A stretch of DNA of 63,630 bases, filler included, from Octopus bimaculoides (GCF_001194135.2; 5 parts of 5 records of this genome joined end to end with filler, not necessarily neighbours in it); one strand, 5' to 3'. Positions 23,935-37,711 are shown, counted from the first letter of the whole stretch. Translations and numbers: made by a program. The notes: generated by a model from the letters alone, not told the origin.

Positions 23935-24690
23935 TTGTTATCGTTTGGCTTGGGTTTCAAAGTTGAAAGTGGAATAAGCATTTCATATATCACCAAACAG
24001 ATAGCAACAACTTACAAGAGTGAAGACCTTCTTTACTCTGGGTAGTCGGTGATTCTCCTTTCTCCACTCACTGTCTTCGGTGATTCTCCTTTCTCCACTC
24101 ACTGTCTTCGGCGCTTGACATTATTTATAGAGAACTCATTTCTCGTCACCAGTCACTGTTCAGTCCAAAAAAGGTTCATTTGTGAGACGTAACAGCAAAG
24201 AAGACCACATATTCAGTTTCTGCTCGCGATTAGAAACGGAAAGTTTGTGAGGAACCCATTGACCCAATTTTCTGACTTTTCCGATCGCAAGTAGGTATCG
24301 ATCAATGGTTGAATGATCAAATCCCATCTTCTCTGCTTGTTCCTCAACGGTTACGACTGGATTTTGTTCCACCAGGGCTTGCAGGACGTCCTCGTCGAGC
24401 TCTACAGATCTTCCAGGACGAGGTTCGTCTTCTAGGTTGAAGTTTCCGGATCGGAATTTCTGGAGCCCCCATTGAGACTGGCTTACGCTTATTGTCCGAT
24501 CACTTCCATTATAGCTTTAAAAAAATAACTTTTAAAATTGAACTGTACTCTTCAAAAGTTACACTAAGAATAAGTTCAAGGTAGAATTACTACCTGCTTT
24601 TATAGCTAGTTGATGTTGGTAGTTAATGCCGTCTCACTCCGACCTTCAGTTCATGCAATTGAAAAAATGCATTATTTATGAGATGATATA
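23935..24690 (-). mobile_element. Mariner transposon, 5' TIR plus N-terminal and central transposase, truncated
   Basis: ORF 24160-24372 contains WVPHKL (mariner WVPHEL motif) after DEDVLQALVEQNP. The TIR-like end at about 24690 matches 33712. There is an internal deletion after the ATG and a 31-bp tandem duplication at about 24047-24109. Confidence 0.92.
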
Positions 24691-25073
24691 TATATATATG
24701 CGTGTGTATGTGTGCGTGTGTGCTTTGTGCATATACAGAATATCTTGTGGGATACGGTAAAGGAAATTTCGTCGTATCTATATAGGGGTGGGCAAAAGTA
24801 GATATACAGTTGACATAGAATCATAGAATTCTTATCCTAAATAAGAAACGGAGAAATGAAAAGAACATTCCACTCATATTAAGCAACTGTATACATTTGC
24901 CGACGCCTGTATATACATGTATTTATGAATATACATACGGATGTATATATGCAGTTGTGTGTGTATATGTATGTATGCATGTATGTATGTATGTATGTAT
25001 GTATGTATGTATGTATGTATGTATGTATGTATGTATGTATGTACTTACATGTATTCATGTGTATGCATACATT

Positions 25074-25120
<47 letters not shown>

Positions 25121-26037
25121 NNNNNNNNNNNNNNNNNNNNNNNNNNNNNNNNNNNNNNNNNNNNNNNNNNNNNNNNNNNNNNNNNNNNNNNNNNNNNNNN
25201 NNNNNNNNNNNNNNNNNNNNNNNNNNNNNNNNNNNNNNNNNNNNNNNNNNNNNNNNNNNNNNNNNNNNNNNNNNNNNNNNNNNNNNNNNNNNNNNNNNNN
25301 NNNNNNNNNNNNNNNNNNNNNNNNNNNNNNNNNNNNNNNNNNNNNNNNNNNNNNNNNNNNNNNNNNNNNNNNNNNNNNNNNNNNNNNNNNNNNNNNNNNN
25401 NNNNNNNNNNNNNNNNNNNNNNNNNNNNNNNNNNNNNNNNNNNNNNNNNNNNNNNNNNNNNNNNNNNNNNNNNNNNNNNNNNNNNNNNNNNNNNNNNNNN
25501 NNNNNNNNNNNNNNNNNNNNNNNNNNNNNNNNNNNNNNNNNNNNNNNNNNNNNNNNNNNNNNNNNNNNNNNNNNNNNNNNNNNNNNNNNNNNNNNNNNNN
25601 NNNNNNNNNNNNNNNNNNNNNNNNNNNNNNNNNNNNNNNNNNNNNNNNNNNNNNNNNNNNNNNNNNNNNNNNNNNNNNNNNNNNNNNNNNNNNNNNNNNN
25701 NNNNNNNTATATGTATATATAATAGAATAGAATAAAAGATGGACAGTTAGTTTGTAAGGCATCAAATTATTTATAACATATTTATACAGAAGAGAGTAAA
25801 AAAAAAATATATATAAATGTAGAAATTTAGCAGAAAACCAAAAGACTCCGGAGAGCAAAAGTTCATAGTGATTCTTCAGACTTAAACATGCACGCACACA
25901 CACACACACACACACACATACATACGCGCGCACACACACACACACAGCCGTAAACTCACACACAACACGAGTATGTTTATGTATTTATTTATGAATATGT
26001 GTTTACATATACGCATGTCTTCATGTATACATTATAT

Positions 26038-26069
<32 letters not shown>

Positions 26070-26279
26070 GTGTGTGTGTATGTGTATGTATGTGTGTGTG
26101 TGTGTGTATGTATGTGTGTGTGTGTATGTATGTGTGTATGTATGTGTGTGTGTGTATGTATGTGTGTGTGTATGTGACCTGGTAGGTTAGGAGACAGCTA
26201 AAGTAGCGCGGGGTGAGTTTAGCAATCATTTTCGAGGTCTGTAGGTTTGGTTAGATATGTGTACGCACGCACGCACGCG

Positions 26280-26320
<41 letters not shown>

Positions 26321-26417
26321 TTACTCTTTTACTCTGTTTTACTTGTTTCACTCATTTGACTGCGGCCATGCTGGAGCACCGCCTTTAGTCGAGCAAATCG
26401 ACCTCAGGACTTATTCT
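26321..26417 (-). mobile_element. SINE family B, 3' end, low divergence
   Basis: TTTGACTGCGGCCATGCTGGAGCACCGCCTTTAGTCGAGCAAATCGACC. Confidence 0.9.
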
Positions 26418-26446
26418 GTCTTTAGTCCTTTCAGTTTCGCCATAAG

Positions 26447-26481
<35 letters not shown>

Positions 26482-26529
26482 NNNNNNNNNNNNNNNNNNN
26501 NNNNNNNNNNNNNNNNNNNNNNNNNNNNN

Positions 26530-26598
<69 letters not shown>

Positions 26599-26694
26599 AG
26601 AACTGTGTATTATAGCGATCCTAGAATTTTACAGCCACTATGTTTTATTGAAAGAAATAAGATGAATGTGATTTTGGCAGGAATTGTAGCGTAA

Positions 26695-26890
26695 CCCCAG
26701 GTTAAACCTAATCTAAAAGGCATATGATCAATAGTATTCCAGCCACAACAACAGTCCCATCTTCTTAAAGACATCTTAGTTTTACATTATCTCGCGTGTC
26801 TTTTCTTTGTTTAAAATGTGAGAATGTTACATAAGACCGATTTGATGGCTATTTCTAACAGGTCAAACAAATTACCTAACGGACGTCTTC
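26695..26890 (+). mobile_element. Family C repeat, near-complete copy
   Basis: CCAGGTTAAACC...ATGATCAA...ATTCCAGCC...CCCATCTT...GATTTGATGGCTATTTCTAACAGGTC. Confidence 0.65.
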
Positions 26891-27302
26891 ATGTCTGTGT
26901 TAGGCAGGTCAATCCTCGAAATTCCCCTTTTTATTTTTTATTCACCACTTTTTCCGTCATATGATTAATGTCTTATTTTAAGTATCCCTTCCATAGTTGT
27001 TTCTTCTTCATTTGTTTAAAAAGAAACTAATATTACAAATTTTCCGGAAAAGACTGCTTAGCAGAAGCAAAGGGCATCGACATTTTGTTTTATTGTTTCA
27101 CCTAATTTAATACTCTAATACATATTTGCGAATATATAATATTTTAAACGCCCACTGCATTTAGGTCGTTACGTTTCGCTTCTCCTACTTATATCATTAA
27201 TTTTATCAGACACAGCAAAATTATAAATCACTTTCTACCGTGAGTCATCAGCGTAAAATATATATAAATAAAATATCATTTACCTGCATATCCCTGACTA
27301 AT

Positions 27303-27386
<84 letters not shown>

Positions 27387-28286
27387 CTACGTTGTCAAAC
27401 AATCGGTGTTAACCACACTTTCAGCAAAACACCGCAAAGTCAACCACAATATCAAACACCAAACTGCAACAGCCACTTTGATAAAACACCATTCTTCAGC
27501 GCAACGCACGTTCAGCCATTTTATTATTTTATTATATTTTTTTTATTTAGGAGTGAAAGTATTATTTTAAAATGTTACATGATACCAACATGAGCTGAAA
27601 AGGAAGCGAGTGTTAAGTTAATCTTTATAAGCAAAGTGTAAGCGGGCTACCCAAGGTATATATATATATATATNNNNNNNNNNNNNNNNNNNNNNNNNNN
27701 NNNNNNNNNNNNNNNNNNNNNNNNNNNNNNNNNNNNNNNNNNNNNNNNNNNNNNNNNNNNNNNNNNNNNNNNNNNNNNNNNNNNNNNNNNNNNNNNNNNN
27801 NNNNNNNNNNNNNNNNNNNNNNNNNNNNNNNNNNNNNNNNNNNNNNNNNNNNNNNNNNNNNNNNNNNNNNNNNNNNNNNNNNNNNNNNNNNNNNNNNNNN
27901 NNNNNNNNNNNNNNNNNNNNNNNNNNNNNNNNNNNNNNNNNNNNNNNNNNNNNNNNNNNNNNNNNNNNNNNNNNNNNNNNNNNNNNNNNNNNNNNNNNNN
28001 NNNNNNNNNNNNNNNNNNNNNNNNNNNNNNNNNNNNNNNNNNNNNNNNNNNNNNNNNNNNNNNNNNNNNNNNNNNNNNNNNNNNNNNNNNNNNNNNNNNN
28101 NNNNNNNNNNNNNNNNNNNNNNNNNNNNNNNNNNNNNNNNNNNNNNNNNNNNNNNNNNNNNNNNNNNNNNNNNNNNNNNNNNNNNNNNNNNNNNNNNNNN
28201 NNNNNNNNNNNNNNNNNNNNNNNNNNNNNNNNNNNNNNNNNNNNNNNNNNNNNNNNNNNNNNNNNNNNNNNNNNNNNNNNNNNNNN

Positions 28287-28287
<1 letters not shown>

Positions 28288-28371
<84 letters not shown>

Positions 28372-28713
28372 AAGATAGATAGATGGATAGATGGATAGAT
28401 GGATAGATAGATAGATAGCTGGTTGGATAGATGGATCGAGATAAGTTGATAGAAAGATAGATGGATAGATGGATAGATGGATAGATAGATAGATAAACTG
28501 ATAGATAGAGCGAGAGAGATAGATAGATAGAGGGACAGACTGATGGGTAGATAAATAGATAAATAAATAGATAGATAGATAAATAGATAGGGATATAGAG
28601 ATAAATAGAGAGAGAGAGAGAGAAAGGGACAAAAGTGAGAGAGAAAAAGAGACAAGAGAGAGAGAGAGAGATAGATAGATAGATAGATAGATAGAGAGAG
28701 AGANNNNNNNNNN

Positions 28714-28757
<44 letters not shown>

Positions 28758-28865
28758 TGAGAAGATTGAGGGGGCGGGAGGAACAGTAAGAATGAATGTG
28801 ACGGAGCAAAAGAAAGGATATCGAAATAATGAAGGAATGACAGAGTGACAGAGAGACAGGGAGAT

Positions 28866-28939
<74 letters not shown>

Positions 28940-29035
28940 CAAATAAGTATAAAGATTGAAAGATAGGCAGATAGATAGATAGATAGATAGATAGAGTGAG
29001 AAAGAAAGAGAGAGAAAGAGAGAGAGAAATAGAAG
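28288..29035. repeat. (GATA)n/(GGAT)n/(GA)n compound microsatellite
   Basis: Directly visible. Confidence 0.95.
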
Positions 29036-29328
29036 TCGGGATGGTGAAAGGTGAGACAGAACAATTAGTTCCAATTGGAAGCATATCATATGGTTTTATA
29101 TTAATGCTTTACAATGGAAGCAACAACAACAACGACAACAATTAAGAACAATAGAATAAAAACTATTACAACAACAACAACAACTGCTACAATAGCAAAA
29201 CTATAAACAAACAAACAATAGCAACTATTTTAAAGACAATATGTCTTCCTTCCATAAACGTTCTTTTATGTTCATTGACACACACAGATATTTGTTCATC
29301 TTTAAAACGGTCGTGATGATCTCGTTTC

Positions 29329-29395
<67 letters not shown>

Positions 29396-29860
29396 ATGTG
29401 TGTGTGTGTGCGTGTGTGCGTGTGTGTAAATGATATGTATGTATTGTGTGTGTGAGTTTGTTACGCGTAATATACGCATGCATATGTAATATGTGTGCTT
29501 GTGTGTGCGTATGTGTACGTAATAAGCTTGTGTATGCGCGTGTAATATGAATGTAATGTGTTATATATATATATCTATATATGTATATATTACTGTGAAT
29601 GTATGTATATGCGTGTCTATATTTGTGTGTTCGTGTAATATGTTTGTTCATGTTATGATCCTCATGTTGTTATGATCCCTTCTTAAGGGCACAGGGTATG
29701 TCTATAACTACATTATGCAGTACGTAAGTCGTAATTTGACTGGTATTTGTTACTGATCTAGTGACCACTTATGTATGTTTATATATGCGTATGGATGTAT
29801 ATATATATATATATATNNNNNNNNNNNNNNNNNNNNNNNNNNNNNNNNNNNNNNNNNNNN

Positions 29861-29872
29861 TTAATTAATTAA
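29861..29872. other. Artificial scaffold-join linker TTAATTAATTAA
   Basis: N44-linker-N44. Confidence 0.95.
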
Positions 29873-29946
29873 NNNNNNNNNNNNNNNNNNNNNNNNNNNN
29901 NNNNNNNNNNNNNNNNGATATATATACATATACATATATATATATA

Positions 29947-30158
29947 CATGTCTTTATGTTTGTCCCCCGACACACTGCTTGATAACCGGTACTGGTGTGT
30001 TTAAGTCCCTGTAACTTAGTGGTTTGGCAAAAAGGACTGACAGAATATTAGTCCCAAGCATTAAAAGATAAGTACTGAGGTCTTTGTACTCAACTAAAGA
30101 TTTTTCAAGACGGTGCCCTAACATAACCGCAGTCTAATGACTGAAACAAGTAAAAGAT
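29947..30158 (+). mobile_element. SINE family B, 3' half
   Basis: GTTTGTCCCCC...TGGTGTGTTTAAGTCCCTGTAACTTAG...CCGCAGTCTAATGACTGAAACAAGTAAAAG. Confidence 0.85.
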
Positions 30159-30344
30159 TCAACATTTAACAGCTCGTGATCGCCATTGCACCTCCATTAT
30201 GCAGTATACATACTAGTAGCAAAAATATATTTATCATTTTATTAGTTAACACGTGGGAAACGAAATCTAAAAAAAAATGATTATAAATAAATAGCAACAA
30301 CAGTGTGACGTTCATATTTTTTAAAATGTATTTTATTAAAATCT

Positions 30345-30560
30345 AAGGCGGCAATCCGATTGAATCGTTTGCACGCTGGCCAAACTTTTTAACTGTATTA
30401 CGTCCGTCTTTATGTTCTGAGTTCAGATTCCGCCGAGGTCAATTTTGCCTTTCATCTTTCAGGGTAAATAAAATAGGTACATGTTGAACATTGGGGTCGA
30501 TATAATCGATTTATTCCTTCCTCTAAACTAGCTGTCCTTGTATCAAAATTTGAAGCCGAT
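30345..30560 (+). mobile_element. SINE family A, full length, diverged
   Basis: AAGGCGGC...GTTCTGAGTTCAGATTCCGCCGAGGTC...GGGGTCGATATAATCGA...AAAATTTGAA. Confidence 0.88.
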
Positions 30561-31628
30561 ATGATTTTTGAAAATGTTCGGCAACAACTTGGAATTAAAA
30601 CATTATTGTGAACTCGAATACAAAATTATTGTGTTCATCAGCATACTTTCTAACAGCTACCAATATATCACTAAATCCGCACCTATTTATTATAAAACGC
30701 AAATAGTCCACATCAGGCTAGTCATTAATACCTACATCGTGGGCACCGCAATTACTTTTTGAGTTTATACTGATTGAAGTCCAGAGTAGCAGTAATAAGA
30801 TATTCGTAAAATGAAACACACAAGGATTTATTGTGTATCGAACTTGTGTCACATACTCACTACGTCAGTTATACGATCTAGCAAAGGTTTACATTATTCT
30901 TTTGATAACATGGAAAACAGCAGTGTATTTACAAATTTGTTATTCTTATAGGATGGTGAATAAGTACTGTGCTTACACTGACATAAGTCTTGAGCTATAT
31001 ATCAGGACAAATTGTTCGTCTATCAAATTGAAACCTATATGAATCTGTATGATTTACATCACATTCACAAAGTTTTTAATATTCCTTAGCGTGGCGCCTC
31101 TCTGTATGGGAGAATATATTACTTTACCGTGCTATTATATTCGAGAATGCAATTATATTTCCACCAATGTCTAATTCTCTAATATCACAATGGTTCTGAA
31201 AAAGTCGAAAGATAATATATTCGAATGAAAATTTTCATGAAATTCCAATATCTGAAGAGGCGACAATTTCAAGCATAATACGTGAAATTACTGCAGGTCT
31301 TGGTCTCAAGAGAGTTCAAAGAGTTTAAAGAAAGAAATATTAGCGGAAGCATCTTTTAATATGTAGGTATTTAATAATGTCAATATCAGTCTGATCTACA
31401 CGGCAAGAGTATCTGTTGAATTTAATTTCGCCCAACAAATAAAGGATTTTATTTTGTTTATTGCTAATGGTTTGAGATTTATTCTTAATATTCTGCTGTT
31501 TATACAACGAGTTCGGTCTGGTGAGAGTGAGTGTCGCAATAAATTGGTTATGTAACTACAGGAAAATCGTCCATGCTCCCACATTTCTATTGAAATATAA
31601 GGTAAGTTATTGGATTTCACTGTTCCGC

Positions 31629-31696
<68 letters not shown>

Positions 31697-32799
31697 NNNN
31701 NNNNNNNNNNNNNNNNNNNNNNNNNNNNNNNNNNNNNNNNNNNNNNNNNNNNNNNNNNNNNNNNNNNNNNNNNNNNNNNNNNNNNNNNNNNNNNNNNNNN
31801 NNNNNNNNNNNNNNNNNNNNNNNNNNNNNNNNNNNNNNNNNNNNNNNNNNNNNNNNNNNNNNNNNNNNNNNNNNNNNNNNNNNNNNNNNNNNNNNNNNNN
31901 NNNNNNNNNNNNNNNNNNNNNNNNNNNNNNNNNNNNNNNNNNNNNNNNNNNNNNNNNNNNNNNNNNNNNNNNATATATATATATATGCGTGTGTGCGTGT
32001 GTGCGTGTGTGTGCGTGAGCGCGTTTGTGTATTTGTATGCATGTATATTTGCTTAAATATATATAAAAAATAAAAGAATGAGTGTTCAATACTGCATTTG
32101 TGGATAAATAATTTCTCGTAATAATAAAGCGCTGTCAACAGATAGCAATCATATCGTCGTTTTCCCGAACAGTTTCGTTGGGAAAGGCACTCCACTCAAA
32201 ATATTTTATTTGTAGACACGTTCTAGCAATAGAAATCTGATCATTGAAAATTGAATATTCTTGTGAAAGATATATCCTTTGGGGCATATGCTCCTGTCAC
32301 CATAGGTTCATGACAGTTCATTATTATGTTAATCCCCAATCATTACAATAGTAATACTCTAGATTATTTCGGTTTTAGAACTACAGAGAAAAGATCAAAC
32401 AGTTGCACAGAAGACTGCCTGCAATAACATCTACGCACATAAATAAAACTTGTTGTGAGGATTAATTCTTTTTGTCTAATACAACCAGCTTGATTTTATT
32501 CAAAATTCTATTTTAAAAAATGATGTTTCTGAATTTCTTTCATTGACAAAATAAGAAAAGAATTTCCAAAACAAGTAATTAGTGACATAGTTAATCTTTT
32601 TCCCTGTTATTCATTGTCTCAATACTCCAATTGCATGCACGTTGCAATAATGTTTTTTTTTTATTTCGTCATAGCAAATCTGGCATTTCAACTTAACTTG
32701 ATACAGTTTTCATTTCACAATAATTTATTTGTAACCAGAGTTTAACTGTAGTAATCAGATCTGTTTATCACTTGTCAATTTCACACTCACTAAAGGAAG

Positions 32800-33410
32800 A
32801 TCTATCATACTTCTAGAGATCAAAAAATAACTGATCTAAACTATGCTGATGATATAGCCTTCCTCACTGACAATATCAAACTCCATTCAATTACTTCATG
32901 GTCTAGAATTAGCTCCACATGATGTTGGCTTACTTCTTAATCCTAGTAAAACCAAGTTCATTGCTCACAATCAGCAAGGAGCTATCAACAACATCAGTGG
33001 AAAGCCTATCAGTCACGAAGATGACTTCATGTAGATTGGTTCTGACACAGCCTCGACTCAAAAGGATGTAAAACCTGGGACAGCCCAAGCATGGTCGGCC
33101 TGAAGCATACTAGATGTTGTCTGAAAACTTAACCGTAAGATAACGTTAAGAGGATTCTACCATTATAAGAGAAAGGCGCCTGTACTTCGCAGGACATTGC
33201 TGCCGAACTGGTAGGTGATCTGCTGCAATGGATAACAAAGCATGGCCGTGTTCGAGCAGGTCATCCGAACCGACATATGTAGATGAACTTATCAGAAATA
33301 GTGGATGTATCCCTGGAGACCTCTTTCATGTAATGTTGAACTAGATGGATGGTGTCAGCGGGTTAAACAATGTCTGAGAATGATCGACTAGATGCTAATG
33401 ATACTAACGT
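32800..33410 (+). mobile_element. RTE-clade LINE, RT C-terminal remnant
   Basis: ITDLNYADDIAFL (YADD at 32842-32853), LLLNPSKTK, RERRLYFAGHCC, LLQWITKHGRVRAGHP and TYVDELIRNSG. Stops and frameshifts present. Confidence 0.88.
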
Positions 33411-33711
33411 TATTATCGTTGTTATTATCGAGATAATATGGTGTCTTGAAAGTATACTAGATCTAAGGCAATAATGCAGGTAACATTTCAGGGTACATTC
33501 TAGATGAAATGTACATAAAGTCTATTTAGTCAAGTGATTAACACTAAAGAAAACTACCACAGAAATGGAGAATATCGTTATGATAATAATCAAAATTTAC
33601 TGAAGAGCTTCCATGTCATTTAAACATAAAGATTCTTTAAAACATTCAAAAGATAATATATGTTATACTTATAATCCTGTTCAGACGAAACAAAAAAAAA
33701 AAAATCTAAAG

Positions 33712-34553
33712 TATTGGTCATCCCATAAATAATTCGGTCTCGCGGCGAGACAGTATAATCTACCTGCATCAACTTGCTATAAAGGCAGGCAATAATTTTA
33801 CCTTGTGCTTATACTTAGTGCAAGTTTGGAAGAGTGTGTTTCAATTTTCACAGTAATTTTTTCAAAGCCATAATGGAAATGACAAAGGAGCATATTCGGC
33901 ATATTTTACTTTATGTGTTCAATAAAGGAAACAACGTAACGCAAAGTACGAGGAATATTAATGCAGTATGTGGGGACTGGACAATAAGCCTAAGCCAGTG
34001 TCAACGATGGTTACAGAAATTCTGAGCCGAAAACTACAGCATAGAAAACGAGCCTGTTCCTGAAAGATCTGTAGTGCTCGACGAGGACGTCCTGCAAACG
34101 TTGGTGGAACAAAATCCCATCGTAACTATTGAGGAACTAGCAGAGAAGCTTGGAAGCTAGAAGAAAAGTGACAATCTTTAGTTTCAAGGGGAAATGTGTT
34201 CTTCCATCAGGCTAATATTCGGCCTCATACAACGAGGATGACATTCCAAAGGCTTGAGCTGTTAGAATGGAAAACGATGCTCTGCTGATCATATTCGCCG
34301 GACATTGCTCCATCTGAGTGTCATTTATTCGAAAGTCTTCAAAATCATTTGGACGGAAAAAATGCGAATTTTGTTGGCGTGGTCAGAACAGTACTGGAGG
34401 AGTAATTTTCGTCACAGACAAATGAATTTTGGAAGAGGGGCCAGACTAGAAAATGAAGGAGAGTATATTTTAGATTAAAAAAAGAACTTTGTTTATCTTA
34501 ATTTTGAAAAATAAAAGTATAAAGAACCGCATTATTTATGGGATGACACAATA
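33712..34553 (+). mobile_element. Mariner transposon with both TIRs and an internal deletion (about 840 bp)
   Basis: About 28-bp TIRs (TATTGGTCATCCCATAAATAAT / ATTATTTATGGGATGACACAATA) with TA ends. Translation MEMTKEHIRHILLY...DEDVLQTLVEQNP, then HQANIRPH and YSPDIAPSE. In-frame stops. Confidence 0.95.
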
Positions 34554-35619
34554 TAATACTGCATTCGACTTAGCAGACACAAACACATTTTTAATTATTA
34601 ATTTCAAATTTTGTATCGACAATTTTTAACATATTGAAATATACGAGCCATTTGAATGTCATTATAATGAACAATACAACAAAGATTGATCACTTCATTA
34701 TTTGATTGTTTTACAAGTGCTTCTAAATCTTATAAAGTGAATGAATCGTAAGAAAAGAAACAATAACCTTGATTCTATAACGAGTACAGACGGATATATT
34801 TTTTTAAAATAGCTATTAGTCCGATATTAAAAAGATTTCTTTGCAATTGTTTCTGTTTGCGTACCAATTAGAAAGCAGGCAACCTTAATATTAATAATAA
34901 CGCATTAGCTCTCCCATTATGTATAATTCCACTGTGAGGCTTTCAGAATTCAGCTGCGTCATCTACTATGCCTTCCTCACACTCTCTGCTGCCACTGGTA
35001 TATTTCAGTCATATACTTTGTGAAGCAGTTTTCACAGCTGAGGGCTACACTTCATCCAATGTCTCGGGTATGTTACCTTGGACATCCATTATGCCGAACC
35101 TATTCCAGAAACAGTAATTGTAGTTTTATTATCTGAATCGATTAGATTTATGAGTACTTTCAAAGTTCTCAGAATATACAAATTGGAGTTATATATAATA
35201 ATTTGATCTATTGGCTGGAGGAAAGAACATGTAAGTTTCAAGATATATTCTATTCTCACTTTCTCAGACAATATCATTTACATTCACTGACAGGCTACAA
35301 ATAATGTCTAATTCATGCTTTGTTAGGAATATTACCCGGAGCAATATCTGTTTCTTCTCATAGTTAAAACATGTTTGCAAACCGGCCTTGGAAGATACTC
35401 GTCAGTCAAGCTTTCTTACTCGAATCTTAAATCAAAGGTACAAACACATTTCTTCGCAGGCATACGCTTTCATAAAAGCATAGTTTCATCAATATTGTAC
35501 GCTTGTTCGTTGTGTAGTAATTCTCTAGCAATTATTTTCTGTAGATACTGAGAAGATTTAGTATTAGGAATGACAGCTCCACCGATGTTTTAATACATAA
35601 TCTGTGCAAGGCAACAAGA

Positions 35620-35825
35620 TAGACGAATCGTTAGCATGCCAGGAAAAATACTTAGCATCCTTTCGTCCGTCTTTACGTTTTCCGTTCAAATTCCGCAGAG
35701 ATCGACTTTGCATTTAATCCTAACTCGATCGATAGAATAGGTACCAGTGACCACGGCTTGATGTAATCTACTTGCCTCTTACACCAAAATTACTGGCTTC
35801 ATACCAAATTTTGATGTCAATAAAT
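35620..35825 (+). mobile_element. SINE family A, diverged
   Basis: GAATCGTTAGCATGCC...GTTCAAATTCCGCAGAGATCGACTTTGC. Confidence 0.82.
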
Positions 35826-35939
35826 TTTCGCACAAATTAAGGCGGCACCTTACAAATTTAAAGCTATCGTACAAAGTTTTAGCATAGAGAGAAATAAAAA
35901 CAGAGAGAGATAGAAACAATATATCCAGAATAACGGTTC

Positions 35940-36437
35940 CATATATAACGTAACTGGCACTAGTAATACTTGTAAATCCTTCCGCACAAAGTGTCTAGTA
36001 GCGAAGTGAGGCAGAAATAGACCGAAATCAGGCTGGTCTCCTGGTCCTGTCACCAGAAGGTGGTATGGGCTCGCTCCTCTGCTTGCAATATCTCGTATGC
36101 AGCTGTGCATCGTTAACCAGCTATAGGAGATGTAAAAAATCGCAGTAAAGTCAATTTGAACGGACAGCCATGTTGAAGTGACTACGTTGATCTCCAAAAG
36201 AAGTTTTAGAACAAGCATCCTTGCTTGTTGGAATATCAGCGTCTCTACGTCACTTAGAATTATATATATTGCCGGCAGAGGAAGTTATTGCTATCTCTAG
36301 CAGATGAGGTGTCCTGTACTGAAGAGAAACAGAAATAGCCCGAAACCAGGCTGGTCTGCTGGTCCCGTCGCTACAAGGTGGTATGGGTTCGCTCCGCTGT
36401 TAGTAATATCTCGGATGCAGCTCCTCATCGTTATCCA
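35940..36437. repeat. Two diverged direct copies of an unclassified 115-180 bp GC-rich unit
   Basis: 36007-36120 aligns with 36322-36437 (CAGAAATAG.CCGAAA.CAGGCTGGTCT.CTGGTCC...AAGGTGGTATGGG.TCGCTCC...AATATCTCG.ATGCAGCT). Confidence 0.9.
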
Positions 36438-37369
36438 CACACAAACATACACACACACACACACACACGCACACACACACATACANNNNNNNNNNNNNNN
36501 NNNNNNNNNNNNNNNNNNNNNNNNNNNNNNNNNNNNNNNNNNNNNNNNNNNNNNNNNNNNNNNNNNNNNNNNNNNNNNNNNNNNNNNNNNNNNNNNNNNN
36601 NNNNNNNNNNNNNNNNNNNNNNNNNNNNNNNNNNNNNATATATAAACCTTTTGATTGGTCGAGGATGATAACGTGATCAAGTTTTGTAAGTTTTCTTCTA
36701 CATCCGTTCCTTAATGTCATGTGACAATATGTTTGGGGCCGTTAAAGTTGTCATTGTTGAGTGAAGACGTCTAGTTGCAATCTTTAGCAAGCAAAGTCGT
36801 CTGAATTTTATGTGTCAAGTGCAGTAGAGGAAGATCTCATGATTAGTAGTAACCTTAAAAAGTTTTGTAGTGACATTTTTGGTACTGTAAACCAAGGCTG
36901 ACACGGTTGAAAGAACATGTCTAGCAACAGTCTCGAAATGGGGTTCTCTAAGATTAATCTGTTGAGTAGTAGACTGGACAGGAATTGCTTGTATGTAGCC
37001 TAGTGGTTTAAATGTTATGGCTTGTGTCTATGTACACAGGCACCAAATTTAGTTATTACATGTCTTTTTTCTAATCATTCATCACTTATGTACATGTACA
37101 ATCTGTCAGTTTATAGTCATGCTTGTGTCCAAAATTTAGGTTCTTTAGCTGTATAAATTCTACGTGTTAAGTAGTAGAATGTGTATGAGTGTGAAGAGTT
37201 GTTCGTTAATCTAGTTTGTTAGAATTTATTCAGTTTTGGTTTTTACTTTTATATGAATATATATATTTCCTTTGTTTATACGTGCTTGGTCTGTGGTATC
37301 GACTGGAAGGGGAAAGACTTGGAACTTGAGAGACCATGCTTGAGAGTGGGCATAACTATATGAAAACGA

Positions 37370-37520
37370 TATTCCAAATCTTATCATCCCATACTTTTCC
37401 ACATCTATTGTAATCTAGGACTATAATATCCAGTACCATTTCCTGTTTAAGATTACCATTTCCTGGTTGAGATATATGTGGTTTTGAAATCAAATTCGCT
37501 GCTATTTCTACCTTCGTGAA
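37370..37520 (+). mobile_element. Family C repeat, diverged
   Basis: ATATTCCA...CATCCCAT...AAATTCGCTGCTATTTCTA. Confidence 0.5.
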
Positions 37521-37711
37521 ACAGTATCTGACTTACGTGCTTTGTTTCATACTCTATAATAATCGTTCTCTACGCCACAATCAAAATTAGATTAGTGATG
37601 CTAATTTCTATTGAAATCAAATTATTATTTTTCTTGATACTTCATGTGATCCATCAGGATCGGAGCAGTAATAATATCATCTTAGAGCATTGATGGATGA
37701 TATTTTTGATA

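Noticed and set aside
36700-37040. Faint RT-like peptides on the minus strand (LLLNRLI...CSFNRVS...IFLYC)
   Set aside because: Too degraded, with several stops, to call without an HMM search.
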